From contig CAVXPS010000019.1 in NCBI GenBank assembly GCA_963763815.1, positions 15,713-79,712 of the forward strand: a DNA stretch of 64,000 bases, read 5' to 3'. The stretch comes from an uncultured Actinomycetes bacterium. GTDB taxonomy: Bacteria; Actinomycetota; Thermoleophilia; Gaiellales; Gaiellaceae. Below, in pieces: positions 26,955-35,898 of this stretch. The notes beneath the pieces were generated by a model. That model ran no database searches, was not told the DNA's origin, and was given only the letters and a program-made list of their open reading frames with translations. Positions within the stretch are counted from its first letter, which is position 1. Each line of letters begins with the position of its first letter. The translations under genes and the position numbers were made by a program.

Positions 26955-28085
26955 GTGCTGCTGAAAGCCGCGTTCTGGGGAAGCCTCGGCGCGCTCGCGT
27001 GGACGCACGTCGGCTATCCGGTCGCCGCTGCCACGCTCGCCAGGCTCCGGCCCCGACCGATTCGCAAGGTCGATGCGACACCTGACGTGTCCGTGATCGT
27101 CGCCGCCCACGACGAGGAGGACGTGATCGCCCACCGCGTGGAGAACCTGCTCGCGCTCGACTACCCGGCGGAGCGGCTCGAGATCGTCATCGCTTCCGAC
27201 GGCTCGACCGATCGCACGGACGAGATCGTCGAAGAGCTCGCGGCCGGCGCACCCAACCTGAAGCTCTTGCGTGTCGAGCGCGCAGGCAAGGCGACCGCCC
27301 AGAACACCGCCGTCGCCGGGTCGGACGCAGAGCTCGTCGCGTTCTCCGATGCGAACTCGAGGTGGGAGCCGGACGCGCTCCGCAAGCTCGTCCGCAGCTT
27401 CGGTGACCCTGAGGTCGGCTACGTGTGCGGTCAGCTGCGACTCGAGTCGGCGAACGGCGAGAGCCAGGAGGGCGTCTACTGGCGGTACGAGCTCTGGCAG
27501 CGCGAGAGCGAGTCCGCGATCGGCTCGATCACGGCCGGGAACGGCGCCATCTACGGCGTGCGCCGCTCGGACTACCTCGGCTGGGACGATCCCTACATCG
27601 GCCACGATTTCGGGCTCCCGTTCCGGCTCGTGCAGCGGGGGCGCCGCGCGGTGTACGAGCCGGAGGCCGTCGCCTGGGAGAAGCCTGCGAGCGACGTCGA
27701 AGAGGAGTACGACCGGAAGGTGCGGATGATGACGCGCAGCTGGCGGCCGCTCCTCGACGGCTCGCTGGCGCGCACGGGCGACCCGCTCTTCCTCGCCGAG
27801 CTCGTCTCCCACCGCGTGCTCCGGTACGGGAGCGGCGTCCTGCACGTCGCCCTCTTCAAGTCGAGCCTCTTGCTGGCGCCCCGCGGCGGTGCCTATCGGC
27901 TCGCGCTCCTCGGCCAGGTCGGCCTCCTGGGGCTCGCGCTCGCTGGCCGGAAGCGTCTGCCCGTCCCCGGGGCGCGCCTGGCCTACTACTACGTGTCGAC
28001 GACAGCGGCGACGGCCGAGGCGCTCGTCCGCTACCTGCGCGGCGGCTCGCTCGCGACCTGGGGCAAGGCAGAAGGCACGCGGTGA
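26955..28085 (+). CDS. Glycosyltransferase family 2 with C-terminal TM segments
   Basis: 376 aa with VSVIVAAHDEEDVI, IASDGSTDRT, FSDAN, GNGAIYGVRR and a C-terminal hydrophobic region. Confidence 0.87.
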   Translation: MLLKAAFWGSLGALAWTHVGYPVAAATLARLRPRPIRKVDATPDVSVIVAAHDEEDVIAHRVENLLALDYPAERLEIVIASDGSTDRTDEIVEELAAGAPNLKLLRVERAGKATAQNTAVAGSDAELVAFSDANSRWEPDALRKLVRSFGDPEVGYVCGQLRLESANGESQEGVYWRYELWQRESESAIGSITAGNGAIYGVRRSDYLGWDDPYIGHDFGLPFRLVQRGRRAVYEPEAVAWEKPASDVEEEYDRKVRMMTRSWRPLLDGSLARTGDPLFLAELVSHRVLRYGSGVLHVALFKSSLLLAPRGGAYRLALLGQVGLLGLALAGRKRLPVPGARLAYYYVSTTAATAEALVRYLRGGSLATWGKAEGTR

Positions 28086-29293
28086 CGACGCTCCTGTTCG
28101 TCGGCGGCGGCCGTCACCAGCGCCGCGCGATCCAGCGCGTGCAGGAGCTCGGGCACCGGGTCGTCGCGGTCGACCGCAACCCGGATGCGCTCGGGCTCCA
28201 GGCAGCGGACGTCGGCGAGCTCGTCGACTTCACGGACATCGAGGGCGTGCTCGCGGTCGGCCGCCGCCACGCGGTGGACGGCGTGCTCACCGTTGCAGCC
28301 GATCGCGCGGTTCCGGTCGTCGCGGCAGTCGCGGAGGAGCTCGGCCTGTCCGGGATCGGTGTCGAGACCGCCCGGCGCATGACGCACAAGCTCGAGATGC
28401 GAGACGCGTTCGCGCGCGACGGCGTACCGCAGCCGCCGTTCGCGGCCGTGCGCTCGCCGGACGACGTCGATTCTGCGCTCGACGCCGTGCCGCTTCCCGC
28501 AGTGCTGAAGCCGGCCGACTCGGGAGGCCAGCGTGCCGTGTTCCGCATCGAGAGCCGTACGGAGCTCGAGCGCGACCTCGCAGCTGCCGTCGAGGAGTCG
28601 CCCACCGGCGTCGCCATCCTCGAGGAGTTCGTGGACGGGGTCGAGCTGAACGGCATCGTGGTCGTGCGCGGTGGCGACCCACTGTTGCTGACGCTCTCCG
28701 ACCGACTGCGTCCTCCGGGGATCGGCTTCGGCGTCGGCTGGATCCACGTCTTCCCGCCGTCGATCCCGGAGGAGCAGTTGGTGCGCGCGCGCCGGATCGC
28801 CGTGGATGCGGTGCGGGCGCTCGGGCTGCGCGACGGCATCGCGTTCCCCCAGCTCATCGCGGCGCCGGACGGCCGCGTCGCGGTGGTCGAGGTGGCCGCA
28901 CGCATCGCCGGTGGCCAGATGGCAGACCTCGTCCGGCACGCGGTCGGCGTGGACGTCGTCGAGATCGCAGTGCGCCAGGCCCTGGGACAGGAGGTCCCGG
29001 ACGAGCTCGCGCAGCCACGCTTCGAGCAGCCGCTGGCGATTCGCTTCCTCACCGCGTCACCAGGCCCGCTTCCGACGGGGCGCGTCGTCGGCATCGGCGA
29101 CCTCGGGCCGGTTCTCGCGGCGGACGGAGTCGTCCAGGCCGAGACGTACCTCGAGCTCGGCGAGACGATCCGGCCGGTTCGCCGCGACGGCGACCGCCGT
29201 GGCTACGTCATCGCGGTCGCGGACGACTCGCGCGAGGCGCTCCGGCGGGCGGAGGCTGCCGCCTCCCGCTTCACGGTCGAGGTCGAGGCGTGA
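28082..29293 (+). CDS. ATP-grasp domain protein (second copy, different subfamily)
   Basis: The tail of track ORF 27425..29293: VTTLLFVGGGRHQRRAIQRVQELGHRVVAVD..., KLEMRDAF, AVLKPADSGGQRAV, ILEEFVDG, VVEVAARIAGG. GTG 28082 overlaps the GT2 stop as GTGA. Confidence 0.8.
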   Translation: MTTLLFVGGGRHQRRAIQRVQELGHRVVAVDRNPDALGLQAADVGELVDFTDIEGVLAVGRRHAVDGVLTVAADRAVPVVAAVAEELGLSGIGVETARRMTHKLEMRDAFARDGVPQPPFAAVRSPDDVDSALDAVPLPAVLKPADSGGQRAVFRIESRTELERDLAAAVEESPTGVAILEEFVDGVELNGIVVVRGGDPLLLTLSDRLRPPGIGFGVGWIHVFPPSIPEEQLVRARRIAVDAVRALGLRDGIAFPQLIAAPDGRVAVVEVAARIAGGQMADLVRHAVGVDVVEIAVRQALGQEVPDELAQPRFEQPLAIRFLTASPGPLPTGRVVGIGDLGPVLAADGVVQAETYLELGETIRPVRRDGDRRGYVIAVADDSREALRRAEAAASRFTVEVEA

Positions 29294-29931
29294 CCTGCGC
29301 CTTCGATCTCGCGCACTACCGCGAGCTCCTCGACGCCGCGAAGGCCGGCGGGTACCGCTTCGCGCACTTCGGCGAAGACCCGGCGCCGCGCGACCTCTTC
29401 CTCCGGCACGACGTCGACCTCTCGCTCGCCGCTGCGGTCGAGATGGCGGAGCTCGAGGCCAATGTCGGCGTCACGACCACGTATCTCCTGATGACCGAGT
29501 CCGTCTTCTACAACCTCGGATCGCCGGATGGTGTCGCGACGATCGCCCGCCTGCGCGATCTCGGTCACGCGGTCGGCCTGCACGCCGTCCATCCGAACGT
29601 CGAGCTCGACGACCGCTTCGATCCCGTCGTCTCGTGGCACAACCCGGAGCCGGAGTACATGTCCGACGAGATCAAGGGTGCGATCAACGCCTACGGGTCG
29701 CGCTACTTCTCGCCGGAGACCTACCGCTCCGACTCCAACCAGCACTGGCGGTCGGGCTGCCCGCACGAGGAGCTACGTGCAGGCGCGTTCCCGTGGCTCC
29801 AGATCCTCGTCCACCCGGCGATCTGGGTGTACTCGGGCGAGACGATGGGCGAGACGATGCGCGCGATGGTCGAGGCCGAGGGAGCGCGCCGCCTCGAGCA
29901 GCTCGCGGCCGACGGAATCGATCTAACGTGA
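29290..29931 (+). CDS. Hypothetical protein, possibly polysaccharide-deacetylase-like
   Basis: The tail of track ORF 27889..29931: VTCAFDLAHYRELLDAAKAGGYRF...LFLRHDVDLSL...GLHAV. The HDVD and H motifs recall NodB-type folds, but the call is weak. GTG 29290 forms a GTGA overlap. Confidence 0.45.
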   Translation: MTCAFDLAHYRELLDAAKAGGYRFAHFGEDPAPRDLFLRHDVDLSLAAAVEMAELEANVGVTTTYLLMTESVFYNLGSPDGVATIARLRDLGHAVGLHAVHPNVELDDRFDPVVSWHNPEPEYMSDEIKGAINAYGSRYFSPETYRSDSNQHWRSGCPHEELRAGAFPWLQILVHPAIWVYSGETMGETMRAMVEAEGARRLEQLAADGIDLT

Positions 29932-29936
29932 GCGAC

Positions 29937-29949
29937 GGTGTCAGACACC
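29937..29949. promoter_or_regulatory. Palindrome GGTGTC-a-GACACC, first of a pair
   Basis: Lies 6 nt after the stop at 29931. It has a partner at 30092..30102. Confidence 0.35.
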
Positions 29950-30091
29950 GCCCGAAGCGGTGCCGCGCGCGGACATGTCCGGCGCGGTCGCCGCAGGACC
30001 CCGCTCGTTGCGCTCACCCCGATGCCGTACGGGATTCGGCCTGTGGACGCGTTGGCGCACTCTCGGCACACGTATCCCTTGACGGTTAAGA

Positions 30092-30102
30092 GTGTCTGAC
30101 AC
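30092..30102. promoter_or_regulatory. Palindrome GTGTC-t-GACAC, second of the pair, overlapping the GTG start of the next gene
   Basis: Carries the same half-sites as 29937..29949, 155 bp downstream. A TTGACG hexamer sits at 30078..30083. Confidence 0.35.
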
Positions 30103-31051
30103 CGAACGGCCGACGGACCGGCCGCTTCGCGTCGTCCACTGCCCGGTGAACACCGCCGGCGTGCCGTGGGCGAACGTCCAGGCGCTCCGGCGGCGAGGCG
30201 TGGACGCGAGGCTCGTCGTCTTCAACCGGTACAAGCTCCACCCCGAGGCCGACGAGTCGCTCGAGCGGCACGGCGGCTTCGTCCGCCGCCAGGCGACGCA
30301 GTGGCGAGCGTTGCTGCGCCTGGCCCCGCGAACCGACGTCTTCCACTTCTACTTCGGGCTCACGCTCGTCCCGCGCTCGCTCCAGTTCCCGATCCTGCGG
30401 GCGCTCGGCAAGAAGTCGGTCATGCACTATCTCGGCTCGGACATCCGCGGCAAGACACGCGACGAACTCGCTTTCGGCAAGAAGGCCGGGGCCGAGATCG
30501 TCGGCTCGTACGACGCGATCCGCTGGGTGCCCGAGGCGGAGTTCGTCCCCCCGGGCATCGACGTCGCCCGGATCGAGCCCACGCCGCCCACGGATCGCGC
30601 GAGGCCGGTGATCCTGCACGCTCCGTCCTCCCGCCGGCGCAAGGGGACCGAGGAGGTCATCGCGGCTTGCGAGGGGCTCGACGCTGATCTGCTGCTCGTC
30701 GAGGGCATGCATCACGACGAGGCGTTCGAGCGCTACCGGGAGGCCGACCTCGTCGTCGACCAGCTGAACGCGGGCTGGTACGGACTCTTCGCGATCGAGT
30801 GCATGGCGCTCGGGAAGCCGGTCGTCTCGTTCCTGCACGAGGAAGCCGTCGAGAGAACGGAGCGCGAGCTCGGCGAGCGGGTGCCGATCGTCCGTGCCAC
30901 GAAGAACGACCTGAGAGCCCGCCTCGAGCCACTTGTCGCCTCCGCCGCCGAACGCCGCCGCATCGGCGCCGAGTCGCGCGCCTACGTCGAGCGCGTGCAC
31001 GACCTCGAGCGCGTCGCCGACCGCCTGCTTCACCTCTACTCTCGGCTCTAG
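30092..31051 (+). CDS. Glycosyltransferase-like protein (GT-B fold, GT1-like)
   Basis: 319 aa (LRVVHCPVNTAGVPW..., ILHAPSSRRRKGTE, ADLVVDQL..GWYGLFAIECMALGKPVV). The C-terminal half looks like a GT-B nucleotide-sugar-binding domain. The family call is tentative. Confidence 0.55.
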   Translation: MSDTERPTDRPLRVVHCPVNTAGVPWANVQALRRRGVDARLVVFNRYKLHPEADESLERHGGFVRRQATQWRALLRLAPRTDVFHFYFGLTLVPRSLQFPILRALGKKSVMHYLGSDIRGKTRDELAFGKKAGAEIVGSYDAIRWVPEAEFVPPGIDVARIEPTPPTDRARPVILHAPSSRRRKGTEEVIAACEGLDADLLLVEGMHHDEAFERYREADLVVDQLNAGWYGLFAIECMALGKPVVSFLHEEAVERTERELGERVPIVRATKNDLRARLEPLVASAAERRRIGAESRAYVERVHDLERVADRLLHLYSRL

Positions 31052-31053
31052 CG

Positions 31054-32496
31054 ATGCCCGTCCGAGGACAGCTGAGACGGCTCGGCAAGCACTCACTGAT
31101 CTACGGCCTCGGCGGACTCGTCTCGCGAATCCTCGGCCTGCTCCTGCTGCCGCTGTACACGCGCTACCTCTCGCCTTCCGACTACGGCAAGGTCGAGACG
31201 CTCGTCGCCTTCACGGTGGTGATCGGGATCGTCCTGCGCATGGGGATCACGAGCGCGCTCTTCCGCTTCTACTTCGACTCGCCGGAGCCGGCCCAGCGCC
31301 GCCTGGTGCTGCGCACGTCCTTCTGGTTCACGATGAGCATGGCGACGCTCGGCCTCGTTGCGGGTCTCGCGCTCTCGCCCCAGATCTCGGAGCTGCTCTT
31401 CGGCACGCCCGACGACTGGGAGCTCGTCGCGGCGAGCGTCGTGAACCTCTGGGTGAACATGAACTACGAGCAGCTGACGTCGCTCTTCCGGCTCGAGGAG
31501 CGATCCACGGCTTTCGTCGGGGCGAGCCTCGCCAACATCTTCCTCACCGTCGGCGCGACGCTCGTCCTCGTCGTCGGGCTCGACGCGGGGCCGCTCGGCG
31601 TCATCGTCGGGAACTTCGCGGGCACCTTGATCGTGTACCTCGCGCTCGTCGGCTACCGGCGGGAGCAGCTCGGCCTCCAGTTCGACCGCGGGCTCCTCAG
31701 GGAGATGAATCGCTTCGGCGTGCCGCTCATGCCGACGGCGCTCTTCCTCTGGGTCACGAACTTCAGCGACCGGCTCTTCCTCGTCAAGCTCGCCGACACG
31801 ACGGAGGTCGGCCTGTACTCGGTCGGGGTCCGCATCGCCTCGGCGATGGTGCTCCTGCTCACCGCGTTCCGGCTCGCCTGGCCCGCCTTCGCGTACTCGA
31901 TCGAGGACGACCGCGAGGCACGGCGCACGTACGCCTACGTGCTGACGTACCTCGTGCTCATCACGACCTGGGTCGCCACCGGTCTCACGCTCCTCTCGCC
32001 CTGGATCGTCGACTGGCTCGCGGCGCCGTCGTTCTCGAGCGCGTCGAGGGTCGTCGGCCCGCTGGCGTTCGCCGCGGTCGCCTTCGGCGGGTACATCGTG
32101 ATCGCGATCGGCGTCGGGCGCGCGCGCCGTACGCAGTTCAACTGGGTCGTCACCGGTGCGGCGGCCGCGGTGAACGTCGCGTTGAACCTGATCCTGATCC
32201 CGCCCTACGGGATGATGGGCGCCGCGATCGCGACCATCGCGGCGTACGGGACGATGTTCGCGGGCATGACGTGGTGGTCGCAGCGCATCTACCGCGTCCC
32301 GTACCAGTGGCGCCGGGTCTTCACCGCAGCCCTCGCGGGCGCTGCGCTCGCAGTGACGGGCAAGCTCGTCGGGGGAGGGTTCGCCGTCGCGCTCGCCCTC
32401 GCGCTCGCCTACCCGCTCGTTCTGCTCCCACTCGGCTTCTACCTACCCGCGGAACGGAAGGCGATCGGCGCCCGCCTGCGGCTCGCCCGCCCGTGA
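31054..32496 (+). CDS. Oligosaccharide flippase (Wzx / MOP superfamily polysaccharide biosynthesis protein)
   Basis: 480 aa from ATG 31054: SLIYGLGGLVSRILGLLLLPLYTRYLSPSDYG... It has about 12-14 TM segments, and LWVTNFSDRLFL is typical of Wzx-like proteins. Confidence 0.85.
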   Translation: MPVRGQLRRLGKHSLIYGLGGLVSRILGLLLLPLYTRYLSPSDYGKVETLVAFTVVIGIVLRMGITSALFRFYFDSPEPAQRRLVLRTSFWFTMSMATLGLVAGLALSPQISELLFGTPDDWELVAASVVNLWVNMNYEQLTSLFRLEERSTAFVGASLANIFLTVGATLVLVVGLDAGPLGVIVGNFAGTLIVYLALVGYRREQLGLQFDRGLLREMNRFGVPLMPTALFLWVTNFSDRLFLVKLADTTEVGLYSVGVRIASAMVLLLTAFRLAWPAFAYSIEDDREARRTYAYVLTYLVLITTWVATGLTLLSPWIVDWLAAPSFSSASRVVGPLAFAAVAFGGYIVIAIGVGRARRTQFNWVVTGAAAAVNVALNLILIPPYGMMGAAIATIAAYGTMFAGMTWWSQRIYRVPYQWRRVFTAALAGAALAVTGKLVGGGFAVALALALAYPLVLLPLGFYLPAERKAIGARLRLARP

Positions 32497-33417
32497 GATC
32501 CAACCGCGCGTTCCGGCTGCGCCGCGCGATCTGGCGCGTACGCCGCAGCACGCCTCGCATCGCCCGCCCGCTGTCGCGGGTCCTGCCCGATCCAGGGCCG
32601 CCGGAGCGACCGATCCTCATCGTCGGCTGCCCGCGCTCGGGGACGACCCTGTTGCTCCAGGGCCTCCTGCACAGCAGCGAGCTCCGCTCGGTCCAGAGCG
32701 AGGGGCACATCCTGTGGGACGAGTTCCATCACCCGCGCGACCGCGGCTGGGACTCCGACGCGCTCGCGGCGGGAGACGTGAGCGACCGCGAGCGGGAGTA
32801 CATCCATCGCGCGATCCGGCTCGTCGTGCGCGGCAGGCGCTTCGTCGACAAGACGCCGGAGAGCTGCCTCCGCATCGCGTACCTCGACGAGCTCTTCCCG
32901 GACGCGACCTTCGTGTTCCTTCGCCGCCGCGGCGCGGACAACGTCAGCTCCCTGCTCGAGGCCTGGCGCGCACGGCCGCGCTTCGTGAAGTACCGGCTCC
33001 CGGAGCCGCTCACCGGGCTCGGACCGCTCGCGGGGAACCAGTGGAGCTTCACGCTCGTCCCCGGCTGGCGCGATCTCCGCGCCGCGCCGCTGGAGGAGAT
33101 CTGCGCGCGCCAGTACGTCGCCTGCAACGAGGCGGTGCTGGAGGCCCGCGGTGCGCTGGATCCCTCGCGCTGGATCGACGTCGCCTACGAGGACCTCGTC
33201 GCGGATGCCGGAGTTGGAGCTTCGACGGCTCTTCGCCGCGCTCGAGGTCCCCTTCACCGATGCGGCAGCGGAGTACGCCGCGGACCTCCCCGGCAACGTC
33301 TCCCGAACGTCGCTCACCGCCCCCGAAGCCGAGAAGTGGCGCGGCCGGAACCGTGAGGAGATCGAGCGCATCCGGCCGCTACTCGGCCCAATCGAAGAAC
33401 GGCTGGGTTATCGATGA
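32493..33417 (+). pseudogene. Sulfotransferase (PAPS-dependent family) with one frameshift near 33201-33212
   Basis: ILIVGCPRSGTTLL is the 5'-PSB loop, followed by FVDKTPE and FVFLRRRGADNVSS, in frame up to ...YEDLVADA. The C-terminus PELELRRLFAALEVPFTDAAAEYAA...TAPEAEKWR continues in track ORF 33151..33417. One extra base in GCGGAT(G)CCGGAG would explain the shift. Confidence 0.8.
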
Positions 33418-33464
33418 GAACGCTGCCGCCGGAGCAGACGGCGTGACCACGATCCGCATGGTCC

Positions 33465-34112
33465 TCACGCTGCGCTGAGCAGCACGTAGCGCATGCGCTC
33501 GAAGCGACGCAGGCGAAACTGGATCGGCCCGGCGTCGACGGCCTCCAGCCCGATTTGGCCCGCAAGCGCCGCGACCTCGGCGAGATCGAAGCGGGCACCC
33601 ACACGGTGCGCGTGAGCATGCGGAGAGCCGCGGGGATTCGAGGGATCGTCCAGGTCGATCTCGACGGCGAGGAAGCGCCCGCCGGGAACGAGGACGCGCC
33701 GGATCTCCCGAAACGACTGGACGAGATCCTCGTGGGGAAGGTGGTGCAGGACGAGCGTGGCGAACACGACGTCGACGCTCGCGTCGGGTAGGTCGAGCGA
33801 CTGCGCGCCGCCGATCTCGAACGCGACCTCGAGACGGGCAAAGCGTGCCTTCCGCCGCGCCGCCGCGATGAGCTCCGGAGACGGGTCGATCGCATACACG
33901 TCGCCGGTCTTCCCCACACGGCGCTTCGCAGCCAGCGCCAGGCTCCCCGTGCCACACCCGATGTCGAGGACGTGCTCCGCTTCTGCGAGCCGAGCCAGAT
34001 CGAGCATCTCTCTCCGAAACGCGCCCAGCCGTCCGAGGGAGCGCACCCAGAGCTTCAGGTCGTAGCGGATCGCTCCTTGCATGAGGCGTCCGCGGTGGTG
34101 CGTCGTCGTCAT
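33465..34112 (-). CDS. Class I SAM-dependent methyltransferase
   Basis: Reads MTTTHHRG...VLDIGCGTGSLAL...VYAIDPSPE...LVLHHLP...LVPGGRF. ATG 34112 forms an ATGA overlap with the CDF stop. Confidence 0.85.
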   Translation of the reverse strand: MTTTHHRGRLMQGAIRYDLKLWVRSLGRLGAFRREMLDLARLAEAEHVLDIGCGTGSLALAAKRRVGKTGDVYAIDPSPELIAAARRKARFARLEVAFEIGGAQSLDLPDASVDVVFATLVLHHLPHEDLVQSFREIRRVLVPGGRFLAVEIDLDDPSNPRGSPHAHAHRVGARFDLAEVAALAGQIGLEAVDAGPIQFRLRRFERMRYVLLSAA

Positions 34113-34744
34113 GGGCCCGCCCGGACCACGCGCCACGAGTCCCAGGTGATCCGGAGGATGACCAGCGTGATCGCGAGACCGATCAGCGGGTCGGCGATCT
34201 CGGCTCCGACTGCGACCGCCGCCGCGCTTGCGACGACCCCGAGGCTGACGAACGCGTCGACCCGTGCGTGATTGCCGTCGGCGACGAGCGCGGCGCTCTC
34301 GAGGCGCCGGCCGGCGCGCAGCCGGACGCGTGCCGCGACCTCGTTCCCCAAGTAGCCGATCACCCCGGCAGCGGCGAGGGCCCACAGATGGTCGAGCTCC
34401 TGCGGGCTCACGAGCCGGGCGATGCTCTGAAAGAGGGCGAAGCAGGCGGAGAAGAAGATCGCGCCCACGACCGCGTACCCCGCCCAGCGCTCGACGCGCC
34501 GACTACGCATGAGAAAGGCCGCGCCCACGGGAATCGCGGTCAGCGCGTCTCCTGCGTTGTGCACGAGATCGGCAAGGAGGGCGACGCTGCCGGTGAGGAC
34601 GTAGACCACCGCCTGCGCGGCTGCCGTCGCCCCGAGGACGCCGAGGCTGACGAGCACAGCCCGCATCCCTGCCCGCGAGCGGAGGATCTCCTCGTCGAGG
34701 ACGTGTGAGTGCCCGTGGTGGTGAACGTGGGCCCGCGACGTCAC
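34109..34744 (-). CDS. Cation diffusion facilitator family transporter (TM domain only, His-rich N-terminus)
   Basis: 211 aa with HVHHHGHSH, LADLVHNAGDAL and LVADGNHARVDAF (the CDF HD/DH site motifs). There are 6 TM segments and no C-terminal cytoplasmic domain. Confidence 0.83.
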   Translation of the reverse strand: MTSRAHVHHHGHSHVLDEEILRSRAGMRAVLVSLGVLGATAAAQAVVYVLTGSVALLADLVHNAGDALTAIPVGAAFLMRSRRVERWAGYAVVGAIFFSACFALFQSIARLVSPQELDHLWALAAAGVIGYLGNEVAARVRLRAGRRLESAALVADGNHARVDAFVSLGVVASAAAVAVGAEIADPLIGLAITLVILRITWDSWRVVRAGP

Positions 34745-35151
34745 GAGACCGTCTCGACGTCAGCATCGGCGATCGCCACCGGTGAGGGTGGGCTGACGTG
34801 CTCGTGGTGGTGCCGCAGGGCGCTCAGCAGCTCGGCGATGTGATGGTCGTGGAGCCGGTAGTAGGCCCGTCGGCCCTCACGGCGCACGGCGACCAGGCGC
34901 CCTTGGCGGAGGAGGCGCAGCTGATGGGACGCAGCGCTCGAGCCGAGCTCGGTCGACTCGGCCAGCTCCTCGACCGTGCGCTCGCCTTCGAGCAGCGCCC
35001 ACAGCAGGCGCAGCCGGCTCCCGGCGCCGAAGGCGCGCATCGACTCCGCGAGCGCCTCGGCCTCGGCCACCGTCAGCGCCCGATCGGCGGACCCGTGCTC
35101 CAGAGGGTGCGGCACGCGGAGGAATCTAGCAATCTCTGAATAGTTCTTCAA
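34741..35151 (-). CDS. ArsR/SmtB family metalloregulator
   Basis: Contains MRAFGAGSRLRLLWALLEGERTVEELAESTELGSSAASHQLRLLRQGRLVAVRREGRRAYYRL plus HHHEH. The true start may be GTG 35115. It overlaps the CDF start. Confidence 0.85.
   Translation of the reverse strand: MKNYSEIARFLRVPHPLEHGSADRALTVAEAEALAESMRAFGAGSRLRLLWALLEGERTVEELAESTELGSSAASHQLRLLRQGRLVAVRREGRRAYYRLHDHHIAELLSALRHHHEHVSPPSPVAIADADVETVS
35137..35150. promoter_or_regulatory. Candidate ArsR/SmtB operator in an AT-rich patch
   Basis: TGAATAGTTCTTCA (TGAA-N6-TTCA) lies within the only AT-rich stretch (35120..35165) between the divergent ArsR and VOC genes. AATAGTT is also directly repeated there. Confidence 0.4.
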
Positions 35152-35217
35152 TAGTTGGTATCGAGGCCCGCGCAGCCCGCGCGTTTCTCCGCTTCACGCT
35201 GCGGGTAGTCGCACGGC

Positions 35218-35898
35218 ATGACACCTCAGCGCATCGACCACGTCGCCCTCTGGGTCGCCGACCGCGAGGGCGACACCCGCCGCATCCTCGACCTGTTCGA
35301 CGTCGACATCCTCGAGCAGACGGACGACTTCACGCTCATCGGCAGCGACCCCGAGCTCGGCAAGCTGACCCTCTTCGACGCCGAGGGACCGCGCGACCAG
35401 AGCCAGCTCATGGGCATCGCTTTCCGCGAGCCCGGGCGGGAGGACGCCCGTGACATCGACGTCGGCGAAGGACTGCATCTCTACCGGCTCGGTATGCCCC
35501 ATGCCTGGGCGGTCGACCTCGACCACGTCTCCTTGCGCGTCGCCGACTCGGACGCGAGCGCGAAGCGCTGGGAGGAGCTCGGTTTCGAGCGGGTCGAGCC
35601 GCGCGTCGAGCCGAGCGCACGCGTGAAGCTCGGCGAGTCGTTCATCGAGCTGACCCCGGGGACCCCCCTGCCGACCGAGCGTCCGCTCCTGAACCACATC
35701 GGGCTGCTCGTGGAATCGATCGACCCGTACGTGAACGGCGAGGTCGAAACCGGCCTCGAGATTCTCGACGTCGTCGACGCCGAGAACTCGCGATCGGTCT
35801 TCGTGCAGGGCCCGGACCACGTCAAGGTCGAGCTGATCGAGCACAAGCCGTCGTTCGCCGAGAGCGCGAGCGTCGGCTCGCAAGCCGCAGAGAGCTAG
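35218..35898 (+). CDS. VOC (glyoxalase/bleomycin-resistance/dioxygenase) family protein, two-domain
   Basis: 226 aa in which IDHVALWV and LDHVSLRV / LNHIGLLV open repeated beta-alpha-beta-beta-beta modules. Confidence 0.78.
   Translation: MTPQRIDHVALWVADREGDTRRILDLFDVDILEQTDDFTLIGSDPELGKLTLFDAEGPRDQSQLMGIAFREPGREDARDIDVGEGLHLYRLGMPHAWAVDLDHVSLRVADSDASAKRWEELGFERVEPRVEPSARVKLGESFIELTPGTPLPTERPLLNHIGLLVESIDPYVNGEVETGLEILDVVDAENSRSVFVQGPDHVKVELIEHKPSFAESASVGSQAAES

Noticed and set aside
22773-27845. 823-aa and 710-aa minus-strand ORFs antisense to the plus-strand glycan operon
   Set aside because: These are antisense shadow ORFs with extreme Arg/Glu/Asp/Pro content. The plus-strand genes have clear GT, ATP-grasp and sugar-transferase signatures and overlap-coupled junctions.
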